NCBI GenBank assembly: GCA_036845085.1
Contig: DAIUEN010000036.1
Coordinates: 1 to 5,196 of the forward strand
Direction of reading: 5' to 3'
DNA: 5,196 nucleotides
Source: Candidatus Nanopusillus sp.
Lineage (GTDB): Archaea > Nanobdellota > Nanobdellia > Nanobdellales > Nanobdellaceae
Part shown: positions 4,248-5,196 of the stretch, piece after piece
Layout of the letters: the number at the start of each line of letters is the position of its first letter
Numbering within the stretch: the first letter of the stretch is position 1
Program-made: the position numbers and the translations under genes
The notes under the pieces: model-generated
Databases searched by the model: none
Told to the model about the DNA's origin: nothing
The model's input: only the letters and a program-made list of their open reading frames with translations

Positions 4248-5072
4248 ATGAAATATCAATCTTCTTTAATTTCATATATTCTACTTGGTGTTGTTATTGT
4301 AGGAATTGCCATAGGAGTTTATAATTGGGGAGTACCTATGTTACAAAAATCACAGATGAATACTGTAATTAGTGGTATAAATTCTCAATTCTCCACGTTA
4401 GCAGAAGATATATATTCGGTTGGATCTACAAGGAGTTCTAAAACAACGACGTTATCTCTGCCAACAGGAACATTTACTATAAGCAGTAATAAGATAGTTT
4501 TTACTTTTTCTTCACCAGTTACATATTATAATCCAAACATACCAGTAATACCAATAAATTATGGGTTTTTTATATCATGTACATCTAATTTAACGGTAAA
4601 TCCGGGCCAAACTATTAATTTATGCGGATTACCTTACATAAAAGCTTATCATAATGGGTCATATATAATATTGACAGATATGAATAATGTATCCATACAA
4701 TTACCTTTAACTAATATAAACGATATAATTACCTCTGCTTATGTATTTAATATGATAGTAAATGGAAGTACAGTAACTTTTATTCCATTATATAATAGTG
4801 GAATAGAAGGTGTAACGTATTTTCCGCCATGCATTGTTAGCGCATCTCAAACTGAAAATATAATAGAATATAAAGTATCTTGCAGACCTTTGTATGATAT
4901 AGATACCAAAGTTTGTAAATGGTATATAATTAAGCCAGTAGGACAAACAAGTAGCACTGGAGGTAACTTTAGATTAAGTTTACAGTATAACACTGAAGAA
5001 ATATCTCCTACACAGTATTCTACCGTATGTAATCAAATACACAAAATATATATTGGTGTCTCTATAATATAA
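4248..5072 (+). CDS. Pilin-like surface protein: pilin-type N-terminal helix plus ~240-aa Cys- and sequon-rich ectodomain (candidate minor pilin or adhesin)
   Basis: 274 aa. The N-terminal helix aligns in register with the neighbouring pilin: ILLGVVIVGIAIGVYNW vs ILLIVMTVGIAALMYAW (shared ILL-x4-VGIA-x3-Y-x-W). The remainder is T/S/N/Y/V/I-rich (beta-type composition), with six Cys and four sequons (NLT, NGS, NVS, NGS). The site equivalent to the KG|I cleavage site reads KY|Q, so processing is uncertain. Confidence 0.7.
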   Translation: MKYQSSLISYILLGVVIVGIAIGVYNWGVPMLQKSQMNTVISGINSQFSTLAEDIYSVGSTRSSKTTTLSLPTGTFTISSNKIVFTFSSPVTYYNPNIPVIPINYGFFISCTSNLTVNPGQTINLCGLPYIKAYHNGSYIILTDMNNVSIQLPLTNINDIITSAYVFNMIVNGSTVTFIPLYNSGIEGVTYFPPCIVSASQTENIIEYKVSCRPLYDIDTKVCKWYIIKPVGQTSSTGGNFRLSLQYNTEEISPTQYSTVCNQIHKIYIGVSII

Positions 5073-5196
5073 TGTCTGTAAATGCAATAGAAGTAGTACT
5101 AATTTTGCTAATTCTATTTTATTCGTCTCAAATCTTCATATTTTTTATTAAAGATTTATCTTCACACACATATTATATTAATACTTTCTTTAATTA
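5072..5196 (+). CDS. Partial ORF (N-terminal end only, runs off right edge): hypothetical protein with N-terminal hydrophobic helix, MSVNAIEVVLILLILFYSSQIFIFFIKDLSSHTYYINTFFN...
   Basis: Not on the supplied track. ATG 5072..5074 overlaps the TAA stop of the previous ORF (TAATG, 5070..5074). There are 41 stop-free codons to the window edge in AT-rich DNA. A GGTG (5055..5058) lies 13 nt upstream as a weak SD-like element. The hydrophobic N-terminus follows two pilin-like genes. Confidence 0.5.
   Translation, partial: MSVNAIEVVLILLILFYSSQIFIFFIKDLSSHTYYINTFFN

Noticed and set aside
1-5196. tRNA, rRNA, CRISPR repeats, IS elements, terminal inverted repeats, integrase or defence-system genes
   Set aside because: Intergenic regions are only 35-68 nt, apart from the 54-143 nt left-edge region (extent depends on the reading chosen there). 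All are fully accounted for by promoter and terminator elements. I noticed no repeated spacer-repeat periodicity, no cloverleaf-capable GC-rich segments and no transposase- or nuclease-like ORFs on either strand.

Overview
Very AT-rich archaeal window. The archaeal call rests on a group II chaperonin, a class III signal-peptide pilin, and TATA boxes placed for leaderless mRNAs. The lineage cannot be fixed from sequence alone; the style fits a small-genome, low-GC archaeon, possibly DPANN/Nanoarchaeota-like or another thermophile. All accepted track ORFs are on the + strand: (1) a winged-HTH regulator with a XylR_N/V4R-like sensor module; (2) a Fap7/AK6-type P-loop kinase whose GTG start overlaps the regulator's stop (GTGA); (3) a thermosome subunit; (4) an orphan coiled-coil protein; (5) a textbook archaeal type IV pilin; (6) a larger six-Cys pilin-like protein. 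Two further ORFs are not on the track and run off the window edges: a + strand ORF from 5072 (TAATG overlap with ORF 6, hydrophobic N-terminus) and a possible - strand ORF at 89..1 (MKKK plus hydrophobic helix). Every independently started gene has the palindromic octamer TTTATAAA, or a close variant, 21-23 nt upstream of its ATG. The three antisense track ORFs are rejected as shadow ORFs. No tRNA, rRNA, CRISPR or mobile-element signatures were seen. Most interesting: the coiled-coil plus pilin-like cluster at 3128..5196, which has a shared promoter/initiator motif and no assembly machinery in view; a thermosome whose near-invariant GDGTT[ST] phosphate loop reads GDGTKR; and a compact divergent promoter with one TATA block and a perfect 14-bp palindrome next to the regulator gene.
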